Source of the DNA: a virus
Strand: one strand, 5' to 3'
DNA: 64,000 nucleotides
IMG/VR virus record: IMGVR_UViG_3300030419_004440
Coordinates: 24,939 to 88,938 of that record
The notes beneath the pieces were generated by a model. That model worked only from the letters and a program-made list of their open reading frames with translations, did no database searches and had not been told where the DNA came from. The translations under genes and the position numbers were made by a program. Within the stretch, counting starts at the first letter, position 1. The number at the start of each line of letters is the position of its first letter. Positions 1-10,734 of this stretch are shown here, one piece after another.

Positions 1-2
1 AT

Positions 3-2840
3 CCCGTAAACAATAACCCTGATGACAAAGATGGGTCACTGGGCGGCGGAAATACTGCTTATCTGAAGTTGCCAAAAACCTCTGCAAGATCTAAGATTTC
101 CCAACACGTAGATTTTGTAGCAAAAGAAGATTCTATAACGGTAGACTTTACTTCAAAGCATCTACGTATAGATCCGGACAAAGAGCAGGAGCTAGGAAGA
201 GGGCTTCCTCCTTTAACTACTAGAGTGCTTTCAGTTTCTGGATGCCCGCTCCCGATAGAAACAATAATAGAGTCTAAAGAAAAAACAAAACGAGTCCCTT
301 GTGACCCACCTTTCACTATTAAATGTGAAAAATGGTTTGAGCCAGAAAAAAGAATTGTGATTCCGGGCGAATTTAGATCTATTAAACATGCTAGTGAGCC
401 GTACTGTAATCCACAAAGCGATTGTCCTCCAAGAGGTGAGATGTTAATAGAGGACGGTCCAGTGATCGTAGCCGAAGAATTTGAACATTTCTCCCCCGGC
501 TTAAATGGTGATTCGAGGTCTAAGATCGTTGTTGTGACCGACTCCACCATGATACAAGGTCAATGCCCGCAATATAGATCTGATGCATTAGCAGAAAATC
601 AAGCCTTTATACGAAGCCTGTACCCAAGTTCTCCCAATAGATCGGGACGAGGCGATGCGGGTGCTGGAGGTGTAGACGAGAGAGACCCCAACCTCTTATC
701 TGGAAGACAGTTTGAGTTTACCCAAAAGTTACGCGGTCCAGAGCGTGGAAGTCCAGCGAAATACTACGGGATTTCAGGTATAACTAACACAATTAGTCCA
801 CTGTATGACTTGGGCGGGGTTAGCAACAAGCTTTATCAGTATGTTGACAATGAAGACACTTACGATCCCTCAGACCCCGGATTCACCAGAGAGCCCGATC
901 CTGTACACCCAACGCAAATTGCCGAAGAGATTAAGAAATTCGGCAAAAATAGATTACCTGTATATGGCTTATATCCTCGATATAGTGGCGACTTCTTGAA
1001 TTTAGGTTCCTATGTTATAGAGGGTACTGAGCGAGACTATTTGGTGGACGCGGGAAGGGCTGGCGGTTTACCAGATTTAATGAAATTCAATGGTACCGAC
1101 TATTTGGACTTTGAACTTTACGATTCTGGATGCCCCGGTGATCTATTTGGATTCTCTGTTGATATAACCCAAAACAAACTTATTGTTGGAACACCGTTTA
1201 ACGCCTTCAGAACTCAGTACGCAGCGAGCGGAGTGAGCGGAATAGTTCAATGGCACGAAATAGAAAATGATCCAACACGATCTGGGGTAGAGATTTGTGA
1301 GAATGGTGGAGGAGGAGCCGCCTTCTACTTTGAAAGAACTGGTAGCGGTTCAAATGTTGTGAGCGAATTTTTGCCTTGGGAATTTAAGCAGAAAATTAAA
1401 CCAGACAGTGTTAATGCGGGACTTCTTGCGGCCAGCGTAGGTTGTTTGGCGTCACTTGGGGATCACAACCTAGACACAAGCTTTATACAGGACCACGGTA
1501 GGAAACCTGACCAGTTTGGACACTCGGTGGCTATTGATGCTGACGTAGCAGTCGTGGGATCACCCAATCATAACTTTGAGACGTTACATGATCACAGTAT
1601 TTATAACAGCGGAGAGTTTTTAAGAAAAGAATTTGACAGAGCGTTTGTTATACCACATCACGTTATGGATGATTTAGGCTCATCCGGAGTTAGAGGAGAC
1701 ACCTTCGCTAACAATAGCGGGACGATGGTTCTAAACAACGGTGCGGTTTACAGCTTTAAACACGCCATGGTGGATTGGACGACAAGAACTAAAGAATGGC
1801 AGTTTAGAGAAAAGCTTAATGCACAAGGCTTTAAAGATAGAACTGCTGCTAGCACAAAATTCGCCATAACAGCTAGCGGATGCGAAAATGACAACTTTGG
1901 CTGGTCTGTTGCTCTAAACAGAGCCAAGCGGGGAGACAGTGATTACACACTTGTTGTTGGTGCTCCTTTCCATGACTTTGCAACAAGCGGTAGTCACCCA
2001 ATAAGCTCCGGAGTCATTGGCTTGTCTCATGACCATAGCGGAGTTTTAACACCTGAATCAGGGAATGGTCTGACCGATGCTGGATCTGTCTACACCTTTG
2101 ACGGTATGCTTAGAGGACAAATTCCGTCCGTACCTAACTCAGGGGGTTGGATAGAGGTTGAAACGTTTGGAAATAAAGGCACTTCAGACAGGGTGGTAAC
2201 CAGAGTTGTTCAGCCGACTGTGGGGTTACCTCAAAGAACACTGGTTAGCGGACTTATTTTTGCTAATGAAAATGGAGACATATTCCTTGAGGCTTCTGGT
2301 TTTGACGCTTCACCAAAAGGCTTTGTATCCCATAGACCGTATGTAGAGTCAATTGTGGGAACGTTATTAACAGGAACCTCCAATTCAGGCTCTATGAATT
2401 TAAACATATTTGGCAAGCCAAATTGGATAGATAACGCTTGGCCTGTATTAGTTGGCGATGAGCACTTTAGTGCAGATTTCTCTAATGATTTGAACTCCAT
2501 GATTCACAGACCGTCTGGAATGAGCCTCTTTATTCCGGGTCCATCCAGCGTAAATGTGTATAATAATGGGGTAGGACACCAAACTTTAAACGATTATAGG
2601 GGTGTTACACTATTCTCAGAGAGTGGTGGCGTATTAACCCCATTCACCCTTAATATTGAGGGGGTTGCTGGACATGCTTATGCGTATCCTGCAATTACCA
2701 GTGGTATCCCATCTGGGCTATCCTTGACGTTGTGGGTGCCATCTGGCACAACTTACGGTAGCGGATTAAACTTAAATATAGGCTCTGAATTTCCGAATAA
2801 CTCAGGTAACCCACTTAATATGAATATTAGAGGTCGATAA
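3..2840 (+). CDS. Large putative virion/tail protein with FG-GAP (integrin-alpha-like beta-propeller) repeats; 5'-truncated by the window
   Basis: Frame is open from position 3, upstream of the TTG at 69. FG-GAP-like repeats GDLFGFSVDI..LIVGTP, DQFGHSVAIDADVAVVGSP and DNFGWSVAL..LVVGAP are each followed by GAAFYF/GAVYSF/GSVYTF. Ser-Gly rich. Confidence 0.7.
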   Translation, partial: PVNNNPDDKDGSLGGGNTAYLKLPKTSARSKISQHVDFVAKEDSITVDFTSKHLRIDPDKEQELGRGLPPLTTRVLSVSGCPLPIETIIESKEKTKRVPCDPPFTIKCEKWFEPEKRIVIPGEFRSIKHASEPYCNPQSDCPPRGEMLIEDGPVIVAEEFEHFSPGLNGDSRSKIVVVTDSTMIQGQCPQYRSDALAENQAFIRSLYPSSPNRSGRGDAGAGGVDERDPNLLSGRQFEFTQKLRGPERGSPAKYYGISGITNTISPLYDLGGVSNKLYQYVDNEDTYDPSDPGFTREPDPVHPTQIAEEIKKFGKNRLPVYGLYPRYSGDFLNLGSYVIEGTERDYLVDAGRAGGLPDLMKFNGTDYLDFELYDSGCPGDLFGFSVDITQNKLIVGTPFNAFRTQYAASGVSGIVQWHEIENDPTRSGVEICENGGGGAAFYFERTGSGSNVVSEFLPWEFKQKIKPDSVNAGLLAASVGCLASLGDHNLDTSFIQDHGRKPDQFGHSVAIDADVAVVGSPNHNFETLHDHSIYNSGEFLRKEFDRAFVIPHHVMDDLGSSGVRGDTFANNSGTMVLNNGAVYSFKHAMVDWTTRTKEWQFREKLNAQGFKDRTAASTKFAITASGCENDNFGWSVALNRAKRGDSDYTLVVGAPFHDFATSGSHPISSGVIGLSHDHSGVLTPESGNGLTDAGSVYTFDGMLRGQIPSVPNSGGWIEVETFGNKGTSDRVVTRVVQPTVGLPQRTLVSGLIFANENGDIFLEASGFDASPKGFVSHRPYVESIVGTLLTGTSNSGSMNLNIFGKPNWIDNAWPVLVGDEHFSADFSNDLNSMIHRPSGMSLFIPGPSSVNVYNNGVGHQTLNDYRGVTLFSESGGVLTPFTLNIEGVAGHAYAYPAITSGIPSGLSLTLWVPSGTTYGSGLNLNIGSEFPNNSGNPLNMNIRGR

Positions 2841-4687
2841 TGCCAATTAGAGTAAGATATAAAAACCTAGTAAATCAAGAGTGTACCATAAGGCCTACAC
2901 CTTTGGTGTCTATCAGCTCACAGCTAAACAAGACGGAATCTGGAGATATATTAGGTGTTACTTATGATATAACGCTGAAAGGAACGTTGTTACCGGATCA
3001 GGGGACTCCGTATGGACTTTCTAATATCACTCAATCCCTTTTTCCATTTCATGGGGACGGCACGCTAGATAATTTGAATTTGGTCGGCCCATATAACACA
3101 TTTGACAATAATCAAAGCCATTTTGGAAAGAACAAACCGCCCGCACAAGCTGTTTCTCAACAGCAACTAGCTCAATCCATCTTTATGAAGCAAAGATCTC
3201 TAAGAGAGCTTTTTGCAAATCATGGTCAAAGAATGGAGATTAGCGATGTTGAGTTTGATACCGCTAGTATTGTTTGTTACCCAAGGATTGTTGGTATTTC
3301 CTTTTCAGAAGGGACACTCGTTGACAAGTGTGAGTACACAATAACCCTACAGGCAGACACGTTATTTTCTGTTGCCGGTCAAAGCAGTGTAGACGCGGAT
3401 GGAAACAGAAATCAGTCTGAATGGCATGATCACCCGGCTGGCAACAGCATCCCCCTTCAAGATGAACAGGCATTTATTGATCATTACGGCAACGCATTTG
3501 TCAGAGATTTTAAAGAAGACTGGTCTATTGAGGTAGATGAAGAACAAGCCGAAACAATAAGTCTAAGCGATGAAAGTATTGATAGAACCTATAGAATTAC
3601 ACACAATATCTCTGCTGTTGGTAAAGACCACTATAAACCAAAGGAAGACGGCACAACAGAGAGATTAGTAGCTTGGATTCAAGCCAAGAAATTTGTTCAA
3701 ACCAGACTTGTCGACGACCCGCAAACCGACTACCCGAACATGAGTGGTGTTTTACCATTTATGACTGAAACTACGGGGTCGCCACTTCCTAACTTTTTGG
3801 GTAGGATAGGTGCTGGCACAATAGATTTACTTGATGATTATGGTGGTTACAACCATGTAAGAACAGAAAACATAGACGAAACCGGGGGTAGTTATAGTGT
3901 AACCGAGACTTGGCTACTAGCTAGGGGTACTGCTTACGAGAATTATAACCTTAGCATAAGCAGTAATACAGGCTCCCCGTTCACAAACGTAAAGATAGAT
4001 GGAAACATAAAGGGGTTGTCAGCTTTAGACCCGAACGCAAGAGAGTATGGGGGTAAAAATAATACAGATAGAGATAGCATAGGTACTTATACAGGTACCG
4101 CATATGAAAACGCACTAACTCACTACAACAAAATTACACAAAGTCAAGAATTTGGCATAGGTAGCTTAGTATACAAAAGAGCTAACAATCAAACACAGGT
4201 TGCGTTGAACTCTGAACCGCTTTCAGTTTCCTTGGGGGCAACTAAAAGCACAGGAGAGTTAACTTATTCATTGGAATTTGACAATAGGCCGACTAATATA
4301 ATATCAAACGTGGTTAGTGAAACTATCAATGTAAATGATACCTATCCGGGCGATGTTTTTTCAGTTATCCCCGTTATAGGGAGAGCCACAGGCCCGGTAC
4401 TACAGTATATAGGAGGAAGAAGTGAATATAAGAGAGATATATCTATAAATTTAGTTATGGACCAAACGAAAATACCTTACGGTGCGACTAGGCAATCTTT
4501 ATTACTATTAAAACCTAGCGTAAACGAGCCCACCGCAACAGAGATAGCCAAGCTCCTTGACGCATTAAGCCCCGCAGGAGAGCCGGGAGTTAGAAAGTAT
4601 TTTATAGGCCCGCCCTCAGAAAGCTGGGAGCCAAAAACTGGAACTTATAGTCTTAATTTGTCGATCACATATGAGCTTAATAGGTAA
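2840..4687 (+). CDS. Putative virion structural protein (615 aa)
   Basis: TAATG overlap with the upstream gene; beta-strand-rich Thr/Ser/Gly composition; sits in a co-oriented run of very large genes. Confidence 0.55.
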   Translation: MPIRVRYKNLVNQECTIRPTPLVSISSQLNKTESGDILGVTYDITLKGTLLPDQGTPYGLSNITQSLFPFHGDGTLDNLNLVGPYNTFDNNQSHFGKNKPPAQAVSQQQLAQSIFMKQRSLRELFANHGQRMEISDVEFDTASIVCYPRIVGISFSEGTLVDKCEYTITLQADTLFSVAGQSSVDADGNRNQSEWHDHPAGNSIPLQDEQAFIDHYGNAFVRDFKEDWSIEVDEEQAETISLSDESIDRTYRITHNISAVGKDHYKPKEDGTTERLVAWIQAKKFVQTRLVDDPQTDYPNMSGVLPFMTETTGSPLPNFLGRIGAGTIDLLDDYGGYNHVRTENIDETGGSYSVTETWLLARGTAYENYNLSISSNTGSPFTNVKIDGNIKGLSALDPNAREYGGKNNTDRDSIGTYTGTAYENALTHYNKITQSQEFGIGSLVYKRANNQTQVALNSEPLSVSLGATKSTGELTYSLEFDNRPTNIISNVVSETINVNDTYPGDVFSVIPVIGRATGPVLQYIGGRSEYKRDISINLVMDQTKIPYGATRQSLLLLKPSVNEPTATEIAKLLDALSPAGEPGVRKYFIGPPSESWEPKTGTYSLNLSITYELNR

Positions 4688-4695
4688 GGATACTA

Positions 4696-5424
4696 ATGGG
4701 ATTTGATATATCGGAATATCCGGAAAAAAGCGGAATACTGATCGGTACGCCTAACCATATGGCTGCTTCTGGTATGCTTGACGCTACCGGCATTGTAGGT
4801 TGGGAAGACTACACTGTTAAATACTATGCACTAACTAGCAGTACAGGTGTTTTTACCGGAAACATATTTGATTATAGACAAGATCGAGATTTTGTTCATA
4901 CCACGGGGGTTCCGGGGAAGCTGATACAAGGCTTTGAGGGTCGTGGAATAAACAGGTTTTATGTCTCGCCAACGGGCTATAAATATGGAAATACTTCATA
5001 CGCATTTACTGGAACCCTTTACGGCACTTCCGGGATTATAATTACGTATCCACCCAGCGTGGCAAGAAAGTCTAAATGGGGATATGCGGGAAATCACCCA
5101 GAGTACGCATCCTATGATGGCAGTAAAGGCACAGGGGTTTTTAATTTTGCGGGATTCCTAAGCAATTTTTCAAATGCCGTCGTTTCAAAACTGGTTGCCG
5201 GTGCGGTGGGAATAGATGACTTTAACATATTTGGCGACTACATTCACTATTTATCATTTAATTCCAAGTCAACCGAGAAAGACGCCCGTGAAGTAAGAAT
5301 ACGCTTTGTATCAGATATGGTTCCAGAGGAAGATGTGCACGATCCGTATAGCTCTAAAGCGTTTCTTAGAGAAAGAGAAACCCACTTCCGGTCTGACCCT
5401 GATTATTCTAACGAAGGGGTATAA
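4696..5424 (+). CDS. Hypothetical protein, probably virion-associated (242 aa, TG/SG-rich)
   Basis: TAAGGA RBS; position in the structural gene run. Confidence 0.5.
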   Translation: MGFDISEYPEKSGILIGTPNHMAASGMLDATGIVGWEDYTVKYYALTSSTGVFTGNIFDYRQDRDFVHTTGVPGKLIQGFEGRGINRFYVSPTGYKYGNTSYAFTGTLYGTSGIIITYPPSVARKSKWGYAGNHPEYASYDGSKGTGVFNFAGFLSNFSNAVVSKLVAGAVGIDDFNIFGDYIHYLSFNSKSTEKDAREVRIRFVSDMVPEEDVHDPYSSKAFLRERETHFRSDPDYSNEGV

Positions 5425-5442
5425 GAAGGACAATAAGATAAC

Positions 5443-8400
5443 ATGGTTAATTTACATAATTACAGTATAGTACCGCCAAGTGCGGTGTTCCAAGACAACT
5501 GGCCCCTGACCGGTGTGCTTCCGCAGGGGTACAGAGGAGCACTTTCCGTAGCTGGCTGGACTTTAGGCAACGAAGGTTATCCGCAGCAATCCTTTTTAGG
5601 TGCTTCCATAAGATCGTTTAATGTTAATGCCGGGTTCGGGGATTCTAGTTCTACCATGGGTATAGAACTTGTCAATGACGAGTTTAATCAGTCTGATAGC
5701 ACAGAACTTGGCAATGGCGATGATGTATATCACAACGGGGTGCATGACAAGTTCAACCCTCCGGTGGTTGGTGCACCGGTATTCTTTAAATTTGGTAAAA
5801 ACTTCGCCACCGTAGAGCAGGCTTTTAGAAGGGATTTCGATGATATATATGACGAGGAGACTCTAAACGTACCCGACAACCCATTTCCAATGGTTCAAGT
5901 TCCATACCCAATTGAGACTCACCCCGCCGGTTATTACCTTGTAGATAGCAATCCCGACGCTAAAACAAGCAGGTGGATAGACAAGTCGGTTTTACTAGAT
6001 CCAGAAACAGATTGGCGTGGGTTCGCCCATTTTACTTTCGGTGGCATACTGCAAAGCTATACAGAAAATAGAAGTACTGGCGGCAACCCCCTTTATAGCG
6101 TAAAACTCACTGACCCAAGGGAGATACTCTCTAACGCTGAATTAATCCTCAATAATTATCAAGGCACCACTTTCAACAATAAGAATCTGTATAATATATA
6201 CGGCTTCTTGGAACATGACCTATCAGATAACCTTTTAGAGCAATTCAACGAAAAGAAACTTGCTAAGAAAGTAATAACTAGAAAGATTAGCGATTTTTTT
6301 GACGAATGGAGTCTTGAGGGTGATGATATGTGGCATTTCCCCCCGGAAACAATTATTGAGTCTGAAGGTGTAGAAACTACACTTAATGGAAACACCTTCC
6401 TGTTGACCGAATCGGGAGTCATATGGACCTCAGCGTTCCCAATTACGGGACAGGGGTTTTCAAGACGTAGCGATAACGGCATACCTTGGTACAGGGTAGA
6501 GAAAGCGATGAACGCCCTGTTTTCTTATGATAATGACTTGCCAGAAGAGTATAAAAAAGCGGGGTTTGGGGGAGTGATTGATTTTCGTGGCTACAATTAC
6601 GTTGTTGATTGGGGAGGGATACCTACTGATGATATTCCCGAAAGCTATTATCTTGATTTTGATAATATCAATATGTTAGATTTGGCACAAGAGTTATGCG
6701 ATGTATTGAGTAGAGAGCTATATGTCTCACTATTGCCGGTAATAGATCATCCATCGTGCGAGAACTTGTATAAAAAAAATAAAAAGGTATTATCAGAGGC
6801 GAAAGCGTTCCCAGAAGGGTCTCAAGAGAGACACGCGTTTCTTGGTAGTGGGTTGGTCGCCGGAATAATAAGAATTGACACCATAGACAGGTCCAAACAG
6901 CCTCGGTATGGTTCTGTTAAGAGGTATCTAGATTCACTGGAGCTAAATGATATATTCGTTGAGAATAGAGATGTAGGCTTTGAGGTATCCAATGTCGTTA
7001 CGGATAAGTTCGTTGTTGGGGCTCAAGAAGTAGACATGTATTATTTTAATAATCTTAGAGATAGAGATAATTATTTTGAAAGATCAATTGAATCCCAAGA
7101 TGATGGGACACTGGAAGCGTCGCGGTCACGTCAAAGAATGCAACAACTAAATCACGACAAATGGACGTTGGATACAAACTTAAAGCAGCAAATACTACCA
7201 TTCTATGGATTTATAGGTGATAAAGCGGTAACCATCCCTAGAGGTTTTGGCTCTTATCAGCAAATATTGCTAGATGCTAGACACTTAGATGCTCACGGTG
7301 TTGGGTCTTATTATATCGCTACAGAAATGGAACTTCGTGCCGCTACTGTTTCGTATGAGGCTTGGCAGAACTTCTTACTGACTTATTCCGAAATATATAT
7401 ACAAGAACTCAGTAATAATCAAGCCTTCTTTTCATCATTAGGCTTAAACATGACCGAAGAAGTAGCAGGAATAAATGACCAACTTGAAGAAGGCAGCCCC
7501 ATAAAAGAGCAGTTGTCAATTTTAACTGAGGCTGGAAGAAGGTTTGGGGTAAGCGTACCTAGATGCGTCTGGAATAGTGATAAGTCTCCGGAGAAAGGGT
7601 CTGAGTTCGTTAGAATTGATGAAGATACTGGCGAAGATGTTGAAAAGGAAACCGGGGGAGTGTTTGTAGGCCAAATGGGTGATGATGGCTATCCAGCCAG
7701 CCCCTGTAGTCCACCGTTTGGATATCCCCTTTATTATAAGCGAGCAGAGAAGATAGGCATACCTCAAGCCGGTTTAGTAAAAATTACAGGTGCCCTGCAA
7801 ACGGTCATGACCAATATACAAAACCTTGAAGATATGACAAGATCAGACAAGCAAAGGTTGAGATTTTCAAAACACATGGCCGAAAAGGGCATCAGAAGAC
7901 TTGAAGCGTTAATAGTAGAGAAGAAAAAACAGCAGCAGCAATTGGGTGCCGGTGCCCCAAATAGAAAGGTTCACAGGCTGCTCGTTGATATAAAGATTCT
8001 GGAAGATAGAATTAAGGAGATTAGAAAGAATTTAGTAAAAGAACGTGAAGAGCTAGAGGTGCTGCAAGAGGATAGAAAAGTTCAATTGAAGGCATTGAAA
8101 GAGAATGTTAAAAATTCAGCCGCTTTAATAAAAAATATCTCTAGGTATCAAAGAGATAGTCTTAAAAACGCGAAGAAAGTTTATGAGTTTGTAAAGAAGG
8201 TTGCTGATGACAATTTGGGCAAGAAGTTCTTGGTGAAGATACCTAGAGCTTGTAATGTAAATTGGTCTCCAGATATTCTACTTGGTGGTGCGACTAACAA
8301 CCAATCACGCCCATGGGATGTTATTAGGGGGCCGTTTGGTTTTAGACCTCACCCCGTTAACGCTGAAATTGGATTCCGTGAATCAGAGCAGTGGGATTTA

Positions 8401-10725
8401 GACCTAACAGAATTTAAAAGAATTGCTCAGAAAGCGGAAAGAAGTGGGCCAACTACAACCTTACTCGATGGAGCGATTTGGCCGACTAAATCTAAGGTAC
8501 ACTGGCACTACCTAGACGTTCAAGCTATGGGGGAGGCGGCGGCAGAACTCGCCTCGACACATAAGGATATGGTTTGGTATGGCTCTGGTTATACCGAAGG
8601 TGCTTTAAAATGTAACTTTAATCCTTTCGACTCCAAGTGGGAATTTAACTATAAACCAGAACCGCAGGGTGGGTTTTATAACTACGCACTGAGTAAACCG
8701 CTTGGTGAACTTGACTTTAAGGCGGAATATTTCAACAACCAGCCTCCGCCAAGTGTAGGCAACGAACTGGCTAGAAAACAGCTTCTTGCACCTCAACTGA
8801 TGGACAAACTTGTTGCAGATTCAAACAGAATACAGTGCTACGCAAGGTATGATCATAGCCAACACTTAGATTTTGCGAAGGTAAGTTCTGACAAGATTGA
8901 ACAACAGGGCATAGAGGTCAAGGAAGGAGGAGAAACGATATTTATCCCTGATGTAATGGAGACCTTGCCAAATCTTGACCCGGATAAGAGGGAGGCCCTA
9001 AATAGCATTCAGGCAAGGCTAGAAGACGATAAAGATCTTGAAAGACAAAAAAAATCAGTTGCTTTTGTTAGGTGTGAACTTGATAAGGAGTTCTATATGG
9101 CACCCAAACATGTGGGTGGCGATGCTGTAGTTTGGGCTGAAGATTTTACTGTTAATTTAGCACCAACTCCTTATGAAATTGTTTATGTTCCTAGTGGAGA
9201 TAAAGGTTGCCGAATTCCAAAAGAAGTTAAAAGAAGACCTATACCATCATTTGGTGTTAAAGATGGCGGACTGTTAAATGCAGACGGTAACTCAGTTGAC
9301 ACTGAGGAGGTAGAAGGTCTTGACGGAACTACTGAAACTGTTACCACTCCCGTAACCGCAGAAACTGCCCACAGGGTTCGTTGGGACGGTTTTGATCGTG
9401 AGTGGAACGAAACCTACAAGGCTTGGATAATAAAAACAAAGGCCGAAGATCTCGACCCAGAACACGTCTACGCATTGATAACTGTGCCCGGCAGGATCAC
9501 CCCAACGGTCGATAAAAGATATGTAGATGGTCCACTTAGGGCTGTAAACGGGGTGTCTATAGCTAACTCGCTAACCGAAGATGTCGTAAAAATAGACGAG
9601 TTTTCAAAACCGGGAATCAAACATCCAGATGAAGACCCGGAAGTTCAATGTGACAACCTTCCTAGCGGAGTTGACTTTACTTTTGATGATCTATCAAGAG
9701 CAGTTCAGGCACAGAAAGATGCGGCAAAGGGTATTAGCCTTTCTAGCAATGGTGATACCAGCATATTGGCGTTTACATCCCCTTCCCCCATATACCCTGA
9801 TATGGTTGCTATACCACTAATGTCTATGGAGCGGTGCTATGGCCCTTGGCTGTCCAGTGCCAATACACATGACAGACTCGACAATGATGGCCGTGTGAAA
9901 GAGTTGAAATTTTCTGAGATCGGAGGTAAGGTTGAGTTTGTTAAAGAAGAAGAATTAGCACCTTGGAATTATGCGGGTTATAGGTTGATGGATGACGCCG
10001 CAAGACTGAAGACTAAATTTTCAAACAGCTTGCTGCTATTTTCCGAGAGAGGTTCGTTTTCTTACCCGTCTGCACCAATAGATGTTTCGCTGGCCAAAGC
10101 GTTAGAGGACAGAGGACCGTTGGTTACATCTATAAGCGTAAACGTTTCTAATAATTCAATAAAGACCTCTGTTAAATTAGACTTGTATACTTCTCAGTTC
10201 GGAAAACTACAGAAGCAAAAGGAGAAAGCTATAGCACAAATAAGTAGAGAGCGGCAGAAGTTGTTAGACCAAAGAAACAGCCTAGAGAGACGTGGTCTAG
10301 GAAAAGGTGCCGCGAACATGAACATGATGCAAGATCTTCTTAGAAAAGGGGGTCAAGGTCTGATAGATGCTGCCAAACAGTCTAACGAGATCTTTACCCT
10401 GCTAGAAAAGGGCGAAGAAAAGAAAGCGTCCATGATTACCATCAGTGCTGTAAATAGACAAGACCAGTATGACAATCCAAGCGAAGGGCTTTCTTTCAAG
10501 ATAAAATCTGAAGATTCACACGGAGCCTTCCAGTCTGAAGGACAAGTCAGTGAATTAGCTTCTAACATAGCCGACCCGTTAGCGTATCAAAATGCCATGG
10601 ATCAAACTGCTGGTGCCCATGTAACAGACATATATACTGGAACATCAGATTCCCCTTATAACCCTTATTTTGCCAGCAGACGGATGAACAACCAAGTACA
10701 GGTTAATACTAGGACATTAGGATAG
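5443..10725 (+). CDS. Very large putative tail/baseplate protein (1760 aa) with coiled-coil segments
   Basis: AAGGA upstream; long ORF; K/E/Q/L heptad-like segments at about aa 790-910 and near the C-terminus. Confidence 0.55.
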   Translation: MVNLHNYSIVPPSAVFQDNWPLTGVLPQGYRGALSVAGWTLGNEGYPQQSFLGASIRSFNVNAGFGDSSSTMGIELVNDEFNQSDSTELGNGDDVYHNGVHDKFNPPVVGAPVFFKFGKNFATVEQAFRRDFDDIYDEETLNVPDNPFPMVQVPYPIETHPAGYYLVDSNPDAKTSRWIDKSVLLDPETDWRGFAHFTFGGILQSYTENRSTGGNPLYSVKLTDPREILSNAELILNNYQGTTFNNKNLYNIYGFLEHDLSDNLLEQFNEKKLAKKVITRKISDFFDEWSLEGDDMWHFPPETIIESEGVETTLNGNTFLLTESGVIWTSAFPITGQGFSRRSDNGIPWYRVEKAMNALFSYDNDLPEEYKKAGFGGVIDFRGYNYVVDWGGIPTDDIPESYYLDFDNINMLDLAQELCDVLSRELYVSLLPVIDHPSCENLYKKNKKVLSEAKAFPEGSQERHAFLGSGLVAGIIRIDTIDRSKQPRYGSVKRYLDSLELNDIFVENRDVGFEVSNVVTDKFVVGAQEVDMYYFNNLRDRDNYFERSIESQDDGTLEASRSRQRMQQLNHDKWTLDTNLKQQILPFYGFIGDKAVTIPRGFGSYQQILLDARHLDAHGVGSYYIATEMELRAATVSYEAWQNFLLTYSEIYIQELSNNQAFFSSLGLNMTEEVAGINDQLEEGSPIKEQLSILTEAGRRFGVSVPRCVWNSDKSPEKGSEFVRIDEDTGEDVEKETGGVFVGQMGDDGYPASPCSPPFGYPLYYKRAEKIGIPQAGLVKITGALQTVMTNIQNLEDMTRSDKQRLRFSKHMAEKGIRRLEALIVEKKKQQQQLGAGAPNRKVHRLLVDIKILEDRIKEIRKNLVKEREELEVLQEDRKVQLKALKENVKNSAALIKNISRYQRDSLKNAKKVYEFVKKVADDNLGKKFLVKIPRACNVNWSPDILLGGATNNQSRPWDVIRGPFGFRPHPVNAEIGFRESEQWDLDLTEFKRIAQKAERSGPTTTLLDGAIWPTKSKVHWHYLDVQAMGEAAAELASTHKDMVWYGSGYTEGALKCNFNPFDSKWEFNYKPEPQGGFYNYALSKPLGELDFKAEYFNNQPPPSVGNELARKQLLAPQLMDKLVADSNRIQCYARYDHSQHLDFAKVSSDKIEQQGIEVKEGGETIFIPDVMETLPNLDPDKREALNSIQARLEDDKDLERQKKSVAFVRCELDKEFYMAPKHVGGDAVVWAEDFTVNLAPTPYEIVYVPSGDKGCRIPKEVKRRPIPSFGVKDGGLLNADGNSVDTEEVEGLDGTTETVTTPVTAETAHRVRWDGFDREWNETYKAWIIKTKAEDLDPEHVYALITVPGRITPTVDKRYVDGPLRAVNGVSIANSLTEDVVKIDEFSKPGIKHPDEDPEVQCDNLPSGVDFTFDDLSRAVQAQKDAAKGISLSSNGDTSILAFTSPSPIYPDMVAIPLMSMERCYGPWLSSANTHDRLDNDGRVKELKFSEIGGKVEFVKEEELAPWNYAGYRLMDDAARLKTKFSNSLLLFSERGSFSYPSAPIDVSLAKALEDRGPLVTSISVNVSNNSIKTSVKLDLYTSQFGKLQKQKEKAIAQISRERQKLLDQRNSLERRGLGKGAANMNMMQDLLRKGGQGLIDAAKQSNEIFTLLEKGEEKKASMITISAVNRQDQYDNPSEGLSFKIKSEDSHGAFQSEGQVSELASNIADPLAYQNAMDQTAGAHVTDIYTGTSDSPYNPYFASRRMNNQVQVNTRTLG

Positions 10726-10734
10726 GAGAATAAT

